Made by a program: the position numbers and the translations under genes
Origin: Eledone cirrhosa
Taxonomy: Eukaryota
NCBI GenBank assembly: GCA_964016885.1
Contig: OZ024740.1
Span: 351,354,001 to 351,418,000 of the forward strand
Reading direction: 5' to 3'
Length of the DNA stretch: 64,000 nt
The notes under the pieces: model-generated
Seen by the model: only the letters and a program-made list of their open reading frames with translations
The model's database searches: none
Told to the model about the DNA's origin: nothing
Shown here: positions 27,298 through 46,431 of the stretch, piece after piece
Numbering within the stretch: the stretch's first letter is position 1
Layout of the letters: every line of letters begins with the position of its first letter

Positions 27298-27475
27298 TTG
27301 GCAGTATCGGTAGAAGGTCGCACATGCTTTCCAGCATAGTTACGTCCCTTTACGATCTGAGTTCAAATCCCGCCGAGGTTAACTTTGCCTTTCATCCTTA
27401 CGGGGTCGATAAAATAAAGTACCAGTAATGTACTGGGTAATTGCTGGCCTTGTGCCAAAAAGTAGAAACAATTAT
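27298..27475 (+). mobile_element. SINE family A copy
   Basis: Near-identical to 17819. Confidence 0.85.
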
Positions 27476-27479
27476 TTTA

Positions 27480-27990
27480 TAAACGTTTACCAATAGAGAG
27501 AGAGAGAGAGAGAGAGTAGGTTTCTAACATAGATACAAGACTCTTTCATTGGAATTTAGACATTAACTAGGTAAATATGTATGTATGTCTGTATGCGTGC
27601 GTGCGGGTATAGATGTGATTCTTTGTGTGGATCTGAATGCTTTGAGTTATATGTGTACACGTGTATATGTTTTGTAACTATACATGCAGTTATTTCATGC
27701 AGAAGTTTTGCAATTATGTATGTTCTTCTGGTTTTATAATTTCACAAATTTTTGCCAATAGAGAGAGAGCCGGTTTTTAACATAGATACAAGACTCTCTC
27801 ATTGGAATTTACACAATATCAACTAGGTAGATATGTCTGCATGTCTGCATGCATGTATGTGTGTGCAGGTATGGATGTTATTGTATGTGTGGATGTGGAT
27901 GTTTTGAGTTGTAAGTGTGCATGTGCATATGCTTTTTATCTGTACAAGTGTATATGCAGTTATTAGATGCAGAACTTTTGGAATGTTTTA
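27480..27990. repeat. Diverged tandem duplication, ~265-bp unit
   Basis: ccaatagagagag...taacatagatacaagactct...atgcagaa.ttttg occurs twice. Confidence 0.75.
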
Positions 27991-28772
27991 CATATGTTTA
28001 CTGTTCCATTAATGGATTGTACTTGTAATTTCCTAACTAGTCGTGTATGTATGTATGTATGTATGTATGTATGTATGTATGTATGTATGTATGTATGTAT
28101 GTATGTATGTATGTATGTATGTATGTATGAATGAATGTATGTATGTATGTATGTATGTATGTATCAACACACGCTGTCTCTTCGTGGGGTAAGTTTTTAA
28201 TTAATTTTTGTATTCTGAAACATCAAAATACAACAATTTGTTGGTTACTGGACTCGGGAATGTCACGACAGAAGTTTGTGGAAGTTACACAAATATTTTA
28301 GTATATTTTAGCAGAGCAATCCTTATTTATATTTTACATTTACTTACATCTCAATATAACATGGCTAGAATTCAAATTTTGCTAAGAGAAGAAAACGGTC
28401 AAATGAACTAGATACATCTCACTGTCCACACCACCACAATAACGTCTACACTCTCTCCCCACCATCACATGTCATTACCATACCATACCCTATCGAGACT
28501 AAAGTCATCGACCTGTTGTCAAACTCTCTACTCTCTGATGAATGTATATATATATATGTGTGTGTATGTATATGTGTGTATATACATCACTCAGTCAAAC
28601 AACCAGATTTCAACCCCAACATCTACAACAACAACAACACCGGCACTAATGTTTACAGCAACAACAGCTTCAGAATGAACTGAAATGAACATTTACAACA
28701 ATTACAACAACAACAACAGCGGCATCAAAACATAAAAAAAGGAAGGGAAAAGAAAAAAGAAAAGGGAAGGGG

Positions 28773-28811
<39 letters not shown>

Positions 28812-28826
28812 AGAAAAAAAGAAAGG

Positions 28827-28857
<31 letters not shown>

Positions 28858-28865
28858 AAAATAAC

Positions 28866-28908
<43 letters not shown>

Positions 28909-29345
28909 CGGAACAACAACATCAACTGCCACCACCACCACCACCGCCACCGCCGTCGCCATCACCATCACCAGCGACCTTAAGAACAACTTTAATAATA
29001 ATTTTTCTGCTTTTGGCACGGATCCAGCGACTGGCCAGCGCATCACTGGTACTCTCTTTTGTTGACTCCGTGGAGAGCCATAACTCTATGCTGTAAAGCA
29101 ATTATAGTAATACTGGACTGTAATACGATCGGCTTCAACTATACAAACTCTTGAAAGTCAACAGTTGACATAATCTGGTAATCTTGTATCAGTAATGACG
29201 GTAATATATATATATATATGTGTGTGTGTGTGCGTGTAAGTGAGTAGAGTAGCGTGTGTGTGTGTTTGTTGTGTGTGTGAGTGTTGCTGTGTGCACGCAT
29301 ATGTATGCGTGTGTGTGTATGTCGTACGTATAAGTGTCAATAAGT

Positions 29346-33616
<4,271 letters not shown>

Positions 33617-35660
33617 GAGAGAAACAATGGTCTTTTACTATAAACTCAGGTAAACGGAAACTGTTTGGAAGTCCAACGAATAAAATGTACCTGTAATTCA
33701 GATGTTCCGCCTTCTCAGATACTGTCAAACTGAATCTCCCTGGGAATTACTTTAAAGATACACGTGTTTGTGAAATATTCAGCCACTTACATGGTTATTT
33801 CACTAGCAGGTCGTTCCTTCGATCGAAAGACTAGAACACTCATCTTTGAAACTGAAGAAAGTATGTTTAATTTTATGTACTTTTATGTATATTTATCAAA
33901 TAACTAGCGGGGCCCGTGGAGATTCCACGGACGAAAATATTAAGAGGAGCGATTTCAGAGACGTTCGTATAGCTGCATATTATATATTGCCTCCTGTTGT
34001 CTCAGTCTACCTTGCTCTAAAATCATATGCCTCTGTTCTTTATTCATTTCCTCACGTCTCTGTACACACATACATACACGTCTCTGTACACATACACATT
34101 CACTCACACACACACACGCACACACACATACGCACACACACACACACACACAATTCATTACATTTATATGTATGAATATATAAATATAAACGCCCAATCA
34201 AACATACACTCACACATACACTCACTCATACACTCACACAAAACACACACCCATATACACTCACACACACATACACTCATACAAAACACACACATACACA
34301 CATACATTTTTGTGTTATTCGTCCGAGATATATCATTGTCTAAAGTGGTTTTAGATTACTGGTAACAACAACAAAAATAACAAAAAAAAACAAAACAACA
34401 ACGACAGCAACAGCAACAACAACATGGTAACTACTATTACAGCTGCAGTATAAGCTGAAGTAATAACAGAAACAATAACGTTTATGTATATAAAACATCA
34501 CCAACCTAAATAGCAGCTATTAATGTTTCCTCAATCAGAACATTATATACACCTGCGCACTGACTACTAATAAGCTTTCTATGTTGTTAGTATGGTCATC
34601 TCGACAGTTTTCACTGTCCATAGTATTATGTCATTAATCAATCGACTCGTATTATATCACCAATCAATCAATTAGACTTTAATGAGCTCTACATTTGATT
34701 TGCTTAATTTTGTTATTTAAACCTAGGTCAACCATATATTTCTTTTTATACATACATATCAAGTATTACAATTTCAATGTGTCCTTCCCTGTTTTAAGGT
34801 TTTATTTGATGGTGAATTTGAATGCTATTTCCAGCAGTAGATTGAAAGTAGTTTATGTTATTAGGATCTTGACCCATCGGTTGAAAAATCGATAATCCGC
34901 AACATGTCAAGTTTTATTAACTAGCAAAGGCGTTTAAATTTTTGATGGTCCAGTTTATCCACTTTATCTTTTCGTAAATAAGCCCCCACGACAGAAGGGG
35001 ACACTCTTCACCACCAACACCACCACCACCACCACCACTATGGTGATGATGATGACGTATCGTCTGCTCTCTGCAGAATATATCATAATCGACAGTGTTG
35101 TTAGAGTGTCAGATTAAAGTTAGTGTTGATATGTGTTCTGGCTCTCTGCGCTCCGAGGTCAAATTACGCCAAGGTTAACTTTGCTTTTCGTCCGTTCAGG
35201 GTCGATAAATAAAGACCAGCTCAGAAGGCGGAATTAAGAGTCGCACGAAATGCTTTGCCGTATTTGTTCCGTTTCCGTGTACCCTAAGTTCAAATTCCGC
35301 TGTCTGTCACCGGAAAAGTAATGACACTTCTGCCAGCAGACCATTGGAAATTTAGTTTCCTAGGTCCATCAGATTATTGTCTCCTTTCCTTTTGTATGAG
35401 TCATAGAAGATGGTCACTGGATATTTGTATTCTTTTTCCATTTAAAAAGAAAATTTCAATTCATCAAGAGAGGATTTGCTTACGTTATTCAGCATATCAA
35501 CACATTTCATTTAATGGAGTCCGGTTATGTCATGGATGGCCTCCCCTTCTTCTTCTTCTTCTTCTTCTTCTTCTTTCTTTCTTTCTTTCTTTCTTTCTTT
35601 TCTTTCACTTCTCAGTTCTTCGTTCTTCAGGTTTTGTTTCAAACTTTTTCTTTCCATTCC

Positions 35661-35732
<72 letters not shown>

Positions 35733-36877
35733 TTACTACTACTACTACTATTACTACTACTACTACTACTACCACTACCACCACCACCATCACCACCACC
35801 GCCGCCGCCATCACTACTACTACTACTACTACTATATTTCATATCCTTTTCTTCTGTATTTCTTTCTTTCCTTCCTGTTCAGCTGTCTTCCCCCTCTCCT
35901 TCATTCTGTATATCTTCCAAAGCATCGTTATGAGAACCACAACAGGAACTGTCCACTCATCCATCAATCTTGGAAGTTATATGAATACCGAAGTATTTAT
36001 TATTAATGATATGCAGAAGTTATATTGGCCTCAGATCTGAAGTATATGTATCGTTGTCTGTAGTTCATCCGCCATACTAATCTCACCAAACTGACCTCTA
36101 GCTTAGCTGTCTTTTGTGAATCAACCCATGGCGGTCGATGAAGAATAGAGCCAGGCTAATGTTTCATTGCTCCTTCTTTCCACCGTATAGACAATTTGTC
36201 TTCCATCTGTCGAATACTAGGCCTAACTCAAACCCCTTCCCTGCTTCTACCCACCAGAGAGTTGAAGTCTTCTCTGGATATACAGTTTGAGAAGAACGTT
36301 TTAAGCAAAGGAAGAGAAAATGAGGCATCATATTTCTATGCTGGATTTGTTACAAACTAGCTTTAAGCCTTCATAATTATGCTGTCCCTAAAGATTTTGA
36401 ACGAAATTTGAAGCGACACAAATATTTGACTTCGTTATGATGAACGAAGAAGGATAGAAATAAACGAATAATTGAATAAGTTCATAAAAGATTGAGCAAT
36501 AGTCAAATTATGTAGCATATAGTTAGCATGGCTTGAGATGTTGACACATGATGAGACACAGGATATTGAGACAGACAGTCAAGAGTGATTGTGATAGCGA
36601 TACATAACCATATTTATACAAACATATCTCTCGTATTACACGAGAGATATAATTATGAAAACTGCCTATTTATTTGAAAACAATGCATGTATTTTATTTT
36701 TATTAGATTCATGCGTAAAAAATAGCTTCGATGAGCTCAGAGAGATTTAATGGATCAATACCCGTTTAAAATGTATATGAAAAACGCGCCTGTATATTAC
36801 TTTTCTCCCCACGGTCTACAAAATTATCTAAATTCATGTATGTCACTATAATTTCGTCGATGCAGACCACAACCAGT

Positions 36878-36950
<73 letters not shown>

Positions 36951-37694
36951 AGAGAGAGAGGGTGTGTGTAGGAGGTGTTTATCCATGAAACTATTAAATA
37001 ATATACGAAAAAAGCAATAGTAAATATCATATCGTTGATTGGTGTAACAATATAGAGCCAATTGTTATTGTTGTTATTGTTGTATATCCTCAGGTCAGCT
37101 ATAAACGTGTTAGCTTAATATTGTTATTGAAAATGGCGTAGATAAAATATCTAAATGGTTTGAGTTGTAGGTCATAGAAAACAGCTAACGTTATCATAGA
37201 TAGATAGAGATAGATAGATAGATTGATAAATAAGTAGATATATATATATAGAGAGAGATATATAGATAGATAGAGAGGGAGTCAGAGGGTTGGATGGGGT
37301 AGGAATATAGCCGAAAACAGTATAATTTTATATAGCATCTCAAACAAAACAAGGAGAGTAATTATGAAGGCTTCACTAACATCAAAATATAAATTGACAA
37401 AATTAGTGAAATCAATTATAAAAAAAATAAAATTGCCATGCTTCAACTGTTAGATCAGGCGTTTATGATTTTACTACCGCACCCATGGTTTTTTATTCAA
37501 AAGATGAGATTGTGAAGATTTCGAAACATTAACATGCTTCTGTGTTTAGGAATGGCATTGTTCCAAATCAAACATAAAGAACTAATTAAAAAGAGATCAA
37601 ACTTAACATAGTTATGTTTTCAATATGACACACACATATACCCATAGACACACACGTATATATGTCTCTTTCTGCCTGTTCTTCTCTTTTGATA

Positions 37695-37930
37695 ACTGTC
37701 ACCGTTGTTCAGAGAGTGGGATTGGTCCGGTGCAAGACCTTTCTTCACTTAAAAAAGTTTCAAGCACAGGTATCACTTGATCTAAACGACTTTCACGTGT
37801 GTTGCGTGAGCTTGGCCTTTTCTTTTTTCTTTCGCTGTACCATGCGCAGAAAGTCCTTGACGGGACTAAAAAGTCATGTTCCTGCCGCCCATGTATGGGG
37901 AAAAGGTCAATAGATGGCAATTCTTATAAC
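37695..37930 (+). mobile_element. Internally deleted RTE derivative (end of 5' UTR joined to the last zinc finger)
   Basis: CAGAGAGTGGGATTGGT...TCACTT.AAAA...GCACAGG matches 29581-29644. It is followed by sequence encoding KSLTGLKSHV, like SLAGLKSHI. Confidence 0.6.
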
Positions 37931-38545
37931 TGCATCCATTATGTATGAATGTTTTCCGAATGGAATCGAGAAGACATCACAAAAAATAACTTAATACATT
38001 AGTAAAGAAGATACATATTTCTTTCATATAGAAATGACTTTTACATGACTAGAACTGTTTCATTCGTTTGAAATCATAAGGAATCCAACGAATGAAATAG
38101 TTTTAGTCCTGTAGAAGGCATCTCTCTCTCTGGTCTAACACCACTCTCCCTCTCTTTCCCTCATTTTATATATATGTATAAATATATATATATTTCGGAT
38201 TTACAGAAACCTAGAGGAGATATTATATATTATATGTGATATATATTATATATTATATATTATGTGTTATATATTATATATTATGTGTTATGTGTGGTAT
38301 CGACGTGATGGTCCAGGTTTGTCATATTTTATCCTGAGTTCGATTTTTTTCGTCGCTTTGGTCACTGCGGCTCGTCTATCGGTGGCTGTCTTCAATTTGC
38401 AAAGCTGTCTAAACGTAATGTTATAACTCTAAGGTAATATACCTTATTGAGTGCTTAGCTGTACACCTCGACTGCATTCGTTAGCTTGGCTGCAACCAGA
38501 GCTTCGATGATGCTGTACTAAATTTTGTATATATATATATATATG

Positions 38546-39070
<525 letters not shown>

Positions 39071-39129
39071 TATGTATATATATATACATACATACACACA
39101 CACATATATATATGTTTATATATATATAT

Positions 39130-39182
<53 letters not shown>

Positions 39183-39471
39183 CAAATAACGAAACGAAAT
39201 TAAATTTTGTTTCATTTGTAACTCACTTTTGTATGACTGACGCTTAAACAATTAAGTTAAAGATGTACATCCATATATGTATACTGAAATACTAGTATGT
39301 ATATGAATACACACACGTATACATATGTAGATGTACCAAGTTTTTTCACTGGTCACTTTACTGTGAGTGGCCAGCTATTCTGTATGTAAACACACAGACA
39401 AACCGGTTTTTAGAGTCATACTGGTTTTTGAGGAAACACCTTTCCTCTATTCTCCAGAAAGCCAGACAAGG

Positions 39472-39516
39472 AACATTGAACTAGTTTCGTTGTTGTTACA
39501 ACTCATCAGCAATATT
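39472..39516 (-). ncRNA. Minimal type I hammerhead ribozyme
   Basis: aatattg-CTGATGA-gttg(taacaa)caac-GAAA-ctag-TT-caatgtt. Palindromic stem III ACTAGT. Confidence 0.8.
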
Positions 39517-39644
39517 TACCTATCTTCCGGCCTCTCTAGAGAATCGTAAAAGCACATATCGTTATATGCTTTTTCTATGAAAATTAGTAGTGGGCATACT
39601 AATTTGCATATTTCAGTATACATATATGGATGTACATCTTTAAC

Positions 39645-39686
<42 letters not shown>

Positions 39687-39946
39687 AAGGTATATATTGA
39701 GTTAGAAACTCAAAATAATCTCTTACAACTAAATAGCTCAAAGAAAGAAGTTTTTCTGAGCCGTGTAATATAATTGAATATAAAAGAGAGGTAAATACAG
39801 ATATAAACATAGATGTGTTCAAATCGTAAAGGACCAAGTTCGCTAGGGTGAAAAAATACTAACTATAATAATACGGTTTGCCAGACTCAATTTAAAATAA
39901 TAAATCAAGAAAAAGAAATACAAACCTGTATTGGGCAACTGCCTGG

Positions 39947-40023
39947 ACACCCAAACAGCTTTGGCTGGCTGTTTCGCAATTTTAGCGATCGATATTACAA
40001 ATTCTTTGCTCATCAGTGTGTGT
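39947..40023 (-). ncRNA. Type I hammerhead ribozyme
   Basis: acacaca-CTGATGA-gcaa...ttgc-GAAA-cagc(cagccaaa)gctg-TT-tgggtgt. Confidence 0.78.
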
Positions 40024-40335
40024 AAAATTAGTAATCCCTTCACTTCTAAGTATCTTAGAAGACTGAATAGTATGCGAATATAAAATAACGCACATGGCAT
40101 CAGAACCTAGCGTGTCTCATAAACGTACGCTACTAAAAATAGCAGCCAAGTTTACACGATATTTAAATTAGCTCGACAAAAATTAAAGGAGCCGACTATA
40201 TCAAAGTATATCAAAGGTATATATTGATTTAGAAACTCAAAATAGTCTCTTACAATTAAATAGCTCAAAGATTTGATCCATTACGATTTGAACACATGTA
40301 CGTTTATATCTGTGTTTATCTCTCTTTTATATTCA

Positions 40336-40488
<153 letters not shown>

Positions 40489-41586
40489 GGATTGAACTTC
40501 CACAAATATTTATCAGAGAATTGGAAACGCTACTTGGATGATTGCCTCATTCTTTGGTCCCACACACTCGACCAACTGAAGGATTTCAAAAACTTAATAA
40601 ACGGCATCAATAACCACATCCAATTCACAATGGAATACAGCCAAGATCAACTCCCATTTCTGGACATCTTAATCACAAAAAAAGACACAAATATCGAAAC
40701 TGACATACACTACAAACCAACAGATTCCAAACAATATCTGCTATTCACCTCCAACCATCCAAAGCACACGAAGACGAACATTCCTTTTAACCTAGCAAGA
40801 AGAATTTGCACAATTATCTCCAATTATGAAACGCGAAATAAAAGACTTCAAGAATTAAAGGAAATTCTACTTGAGAGAGAGTACCCACTATTACTAATAA
40901 ATAATGGAATAGAAAGGGCTAAAGCAATAGGCATTGATGAATTACGGAAACAGAAACAAATTCAAGGTACGTCCAATATTCTATCATATATCTCAACACA
41001 CAACCCAAGAAATGCGGAAGCTTACAACACTATTCACAATAACATCCCACTACTAAAACAAAACCCAAGAATGAAAAAAGCCCTTGAAACACACAAAATA
41101 ATCAAAAGCAAAAGACAACCAAAATCACTGAAAACATTACTCACCAATGCCAAATTACCTACCACAAACCCACAACCAAGTATCAAAAAATGTGGTCGCT
41201 CTAATTGTGGAACCTGCACTCACCTCATTGAAGGCAACACGTATACATTTAAATCAGGACAAAATTTTACTGTAAAAAATCACTTCACTTGCTCATCAAA
41301 AAATCTGATTTATGCCATTAAATGTAAAGGATGCAATGAAGATTATATAGGACAAACTAAACTCACACTCAGAAACAGAATGACAGTTCATCGCCAACAA
41401 TTACGAGATCCAACCACGAGACAGATACCACTAAGTGCATATCTAGACATTTGCGCAAGTAATAAGACACCGAAATTCCAAGTCTTCCCATTTTACCTTT
41501 GCGCTAACAATACAACAGAACAAATGCGAATAAATAAGGAAAATATGTTTATTCAAAAATATAGACCAACATTAAATAAGGTTTAA
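40489..41586 (+). CDS. Penelope RT (from YLDD) + GIY-YIG endonuclease (partial)
   Basis: Open frame. The first ~72 aa of the listed ORF 40273-41586 are non-element or microsatellite read-through. Confidence 0.88.
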   Translation, partial: GLNFHKYLSENWKRYLDDCLILWSHTLDQLKDFKNLINGINNHIQFTMEYSQDQLPFLDILITKKDTNIETDIHYKPTDSKQYLLFTSNHPKHTKTNIPFNLARRICTIISNYETRNKRLQELKEILLEREYPLLLINNGIERAKAIGIDELRKQKQIQGTSNILSYISTHNPRNAEAYNTIHNNIPLLKQNPRMKKALETHKIIKSKRQPKSLKTLLTNAKLPTTNPQPSIKKCGRSNCGTCTHLIEGNTYTFKSGQNFTVKNHFTCSSKNLIYAIKCKGCNEDYIGQTKLTLRNRMTVHRQQLRDPTTRQIPLSAYLDICASNKTPKFQVFPFYLCANNTTEQMRINKENMFIQKYRPTLNKV

Positions 41587-42620
41587 TATACATTATGTCA
41601 ACACCACAATATGACATACACACACACACATAACACCTTCTACTTTAGAAAATAAAAACCCGAACTAAATAAACCTTAACATACATTTGCACTGGCAATA
41701 CAACAGCAAACACGAAAAAGTCAGGAAAATATCTTCATTCAAAAATATTCCTACTAAAGGAATCACTTTCCTACACACACACATACACACACACACAATA
41801 TATATATATATATATATATTCTCTTCATCTTAACATGCTAACCATACTCCCACACACATAACACCCATACACACACATAACAACCCCCACACCTACAACT
41901 CCCTCCCCATTTCTACTAATAGAACCACTTTCCTACACACATATATATATACACACACACAAAATATATATTCTCTCCATCTTAACATACTCGCACACAC
42001 ACACATAACACCCATATACACACACAGACAACTCCCTCCCCCATCTCTACTAATAGAATCATCTTCCAATACACACATACACACACACACACACATACAC
42101 ACACACAAGCACACAAATAAACACATATCTTCAGTCTCAATAGAAAATCTGAACTCTGACACCTGAACTCTGACAGCTGGCCATATTCACTGAACCAGAA
42201 CATTTCTCCCAATCCCTTTTCCCTTGACCACTATCTCTCCATTGTCATAACATTCACTATAAAGACTACAGAATAGTTTTCCAAATAAGGGCGCAAAAAT
42301 GTAATGAAAACTTGTTCACGTGACAGCCAAATTTCATTTATAACCAACCAAAAAAAAGCCTTCGTGAGCCTCCTTTTTTCAAGTAAAAAGAAATTCAAAC
42401 ACTCATATATGAAAAAACAACCTGTGACAACCCCCCCCCCCCTCTTATTTGAAGAACTATTGTAACGCGAACTGGCGCGAAATTTATTATAATTATTGAC
42501 AAACCAATCAAATTACTTCTCGAAAAACCTGGCTTTCGAGCCACTTTTTCCATATAAAACAAGTAACATTCAGAGACCAACCAGATGTGAGAAAAACCAC
42601 AGACCCTCCATCTCAACTCA

Positions 42621-42658
42621 CCTTTTGAAAAGCAGAAGAACTGCGAAACCGGTAAAGG
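42621..42658 (+). ncRNA. Minimal type I hammerhead ribozyme, U3:A8 covariant
   Basis: cctt-TTGAAAA-gcag(aagaa)ctgc-GAAA-ccgg-TA-aagg. Palindromic stem III ACCGGT. Confidence 0.75.
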
Positions 42659-42792
42659 AACCAAATAAATATATATATTTTTTAAAAAAATAAGACTTCG
42701 GTTGCATTTTCGATTTCATCTCTTTTTCTTTATACTTCCACTCGTGTAGGACACCTCGGTTATTTTTCATTTTGTAAAAAAATAAACCTCAC

Positions 42793-42851
<59 letters not shown>

Positions 42852-42947
42852 CAGAAGGGATATTCAATTTGTTGGTAATTCAACAAATATAAATGTTTAT
42901 AACTGATTCACAGCACTAGACAGGTTTTATGGAGTATAATATTCAAT

Positions 42948-45532
42948 GATATTAAATAAATGGAAACTATATTTATAAAACCATATTTATAACCATATTA
43001 ATAATGTACTGCATAGGAAAATGCCAGAGATGACTGGAGGTTCATATCTTGACGATATGTTGCTTTTAATTGAAAACCATAGCAATAGTGAAATTAATAG
43101 GAAAAGGAAATCCATAATACAATTTTTCAACAACTACAACCTTAAGTTAGAAATAGAGAATAACTACAAAATCGTTAACTTCTTAGATATAACCTTAAAC
43201 CTTAGCACAGGTCTCTACTATCCTTTCCATAAAATTAACGAAAATCTAAATTATGTAAGTTTCAATTCTAATCATCCTAGAAGTATTAAAAACAATATTG
43301 TCAATAACGTCCAACAACGGATTTCACGCATCTCTGCTATTAAAAATATTTTTTATGATAAGGCTGAATATTATAATGAAGCTTTACATAGAGCAGAATA
43401 CTCGAATAAAATTAAATACATAGATAACAATAACATGACAAATCATCCTAGTATTAATTATAATAATAATAAACAATTTAACTTAAACACTAAACCAAAC
43501 AAAAAAACTAGAACTACAAATATTATTTGGTACTCTCCCCCATTCTCATTAAGCGTTAAAACACCTTAGCAAAGCTATTCTTTAAAGCACTAAATAAATG
43601 TTTTCCTAAAGCCCACAGATACCACTCTATTTTTAACAGACACATTATAAAATTATCCTACTCTACTACTATGAACATAGCACAAAATATAAACAGAATT
43701 AATAATAGAAACTTAAATTTAAACCCTAACCAAACTAACAAAAATAGCAATAATAATATTTCTAACAACAATATTCAGAATAATAGTACCGTTCCGAACA
43801 ACAACTCCAGAAAATATAACTGTAGAATCAAATCAAACTGCCCTTTACAAAATAATTGTTTAGACAAAAACGTAGTTTATAAATGCACAGTTAAAACTAG
43901 AGACAAAATATTTAACTATATTGGTGCCACTTCAACAAAATTTAAAGAACGCTGGATAACCATAAACACACATTTAGAAGATCTGATAAAAAATCTTCTA
44001 CTTCACTTTCACATCTAATTTGGAACTTAAAAGACAACAATATAGACTATTCAGTATCTTGGAGAACGATTTCGAAAGCACCTGCATACCGAAATATGGC
44101 TTCATCAAGATTCTGTAATTTGTGTATATAATTAACTGTCAAAACTCTATTAATCTTAGAACAGAATTATTTTCTTCTTGAAGACATCGCCAAAATTCCA
44201 CGTTCAGAACTATTTTTAATTTATAATATTCCTATACACCTTCAAAATGATCCTTTCTTCTTTAAAAATTTAAATGTAAATTAAAAAAAATTTTGAATAT
44301 TTTGAATATTTTGAATATTTTTAATATTTCTAATTTTTTTAAATATCTCTAATATTTCTAAAAATTTTACCTTTTCACATTAATTATTGTAATATATATA
44401 TTTAATATTTTTAATTCTGACATTATTTTGCTAATGACACCCCTCTAAATATATTTTTTTAGATGTAGATTGATAATCTTTAATTGACATTTTGAACATT
44501 TATCCTCTTTACGATAGTTCTTCGAAAAGCACATTACGTTTTTCTTCTCTTTTTGATATTCAAACATTCACACATCTTTCGACTAAAATAATTAATCTCA
44601 CACAAAATAATATATCATTTTCTCTATATATTTTTGAGTAAATCACTCATCAAATTTAACGGTAAACAAACAAAATTGGAGTTATCTTTCCTTTCTCAAT
44701 CGTGCAAACATAAACATATTATGTATGATAATCTATATAACTTCGCTAAATTAACGATATTCTGAAAACATTTTCAATGTTGAACAAAATATTCGAATCT
44801 ACAAATTGTTCTCCTCTCACAACTTGAACCACCTATTTGTTTATGTAAAATACAAAATTAACATCCTTCGTAACTCATATTAGAAATATAAACAACTAAT
44901 AATTGTAAATTATTTCTATTTCTATAATACTAATACATACACAATTATCAATCTATATAGATATTTATATACATATAACCTATTGTAATGTAATAAGATA
45001 AAAATACTTACAATCATAATTCTTCATATAATCTAATTGATTATATATACAATATTATAACTCATCATATAGGTAAATAAATTTAAATTTAAACTCCGGA
45101 ATCATATTCCACCTTTTCCCCCAAATTAACGTAAATACAAGCTCTTCTTCCTTTTTCCTTCTTTCCTACGCATACAAACACATATCATAATTATTTAAAT
45201 TCTCCATAGCATCTAAAATAACGTTTTTTCAGCCCTTTACCTCAACCTCATTTGCATACTCATTTGCATACTCATCTTAACAATTTGTAATATCTTACTT
45301 TTCTTCTCTTATCCCTTCACTATCCAAGGAAAACTTGAACCGTTAAGGTATTTTCCCTGGTTATGTCAAAATTTATAAAACACACTTCGTATTTTATCTG
45401 ATGAAAGCGTACCAAAGTTTTGGCACCCTTGAAATATATATAATAGAATAAATATTGTTTTATAAATATAGTTTAATATCATTGTATATATATATATTGT
45501 ATAGCAAACCATGTCACTCTTCTTTCTTGATT

Positions 45533-45540
<8 letters not shown>
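42948..45540 (+). mobile_element. Decayed Penelope-like element with hammerhead-bearing pLTR
   Basis: YLDD, VNFLDITL, SNHP, WYSPPF, CRIKSNCPL...VVYKC...YIGAT...FKER, with frameshifts. Homologous to 20739-21962. Short inverted pLTR piece at 42948-42990. Confidence 0.85.
45390..45450 (+). ncRNA. Type I hammerhead ribozyme
   Basis: tattttat-CTGATGA-aag..ccaaa/tttgg..ctt-GAAA-tatata-TA-atagaata. Stem I is extended by atttataaaac/gttttataaat. Confidence 0.8.
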
Positions 45541-45606
<66 letters not shown>

Positions 45607-46128
45607 CGATAAATTAACGGAGGCATAGGCCGTCGTTATTCCCTGTAAATAATGTGCTCAAAGGGGAAGAGATCCTGAGCCCTTTAAAATATAATATGTT
45701 GAGAAGGTAACACACCAGAGAGAGATATATAGTACGTTATCAATAATACAGGGAAAAAAACCACCAGTGTATGGAATCTATAACCTATGAAAGGCAGACT
45801 ATAGACACGATAATTAAAAATATAAATTAAAGCGTAAATAAATACCTTTATAACTATATAACACACGTGAGCACATTATTTACAGGGAATAACGACGGCC
45901 TATGCCTCCGTTAATTTATCGTGATATTTCGCTCCTAACAACAGTCTTTCCTATCTCTGTTTGGTTGAGCACACTTCTCTGAGTGGCTTTGGGCTGCCCT
46001 TTCTAGCAGTTCGTCTCTCAGAGGCCACTGGTTCACTGCCCTTAAACACGCTGTGACTTCTCTCTCCCACGTGTAGCTGGACAGTCAATTGTAAAATTCT
46101 CTTAGTGTTGTCTGAAATGTATGGCCTT

Positions 46129-46209
46129 ACACACGCTGATGAACCGAGACTAGACCATTTCTTTCAACAAATTTTCTGGTGAAACATATCTTTGGATTTG
46201 TACGTGTGT
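46129..46209 (+). ncRNA. Type I hammerhead ribozyme (same family as 23443)
   Basis: acacacg-CTGATGA-acc...ggt-GAAA-catatc(tttg)gatttg-TA-cgtgtgt. Predicted cleavage after 46202. Confidence 0.8.
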
Positions 46210-46375
46210 TATATAGTTATAGAGGTATTTATTTACGCTTTAATTTATATTTTTAATTATCGTGTCTATAGTCTGCCTTTCATAGGTTATAGATTCCATA
46301 CACTGGTGGTTTTTTTCCCTGTATTATTGATAACGCACTATATATCTCTCTCTGGTGTGTTACCTTCTCAACATA

Positions 46376-46431
<56 letters not shown>

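Noticed and set aside
44179-44181. TGA at a conserved Cys position (SS*RH vs SCQH) suggesting selenocysteine
   Set aside because: The copy has several other frameshifts and stops and no SECIS was seen. A point mutation is the simpler explanation.
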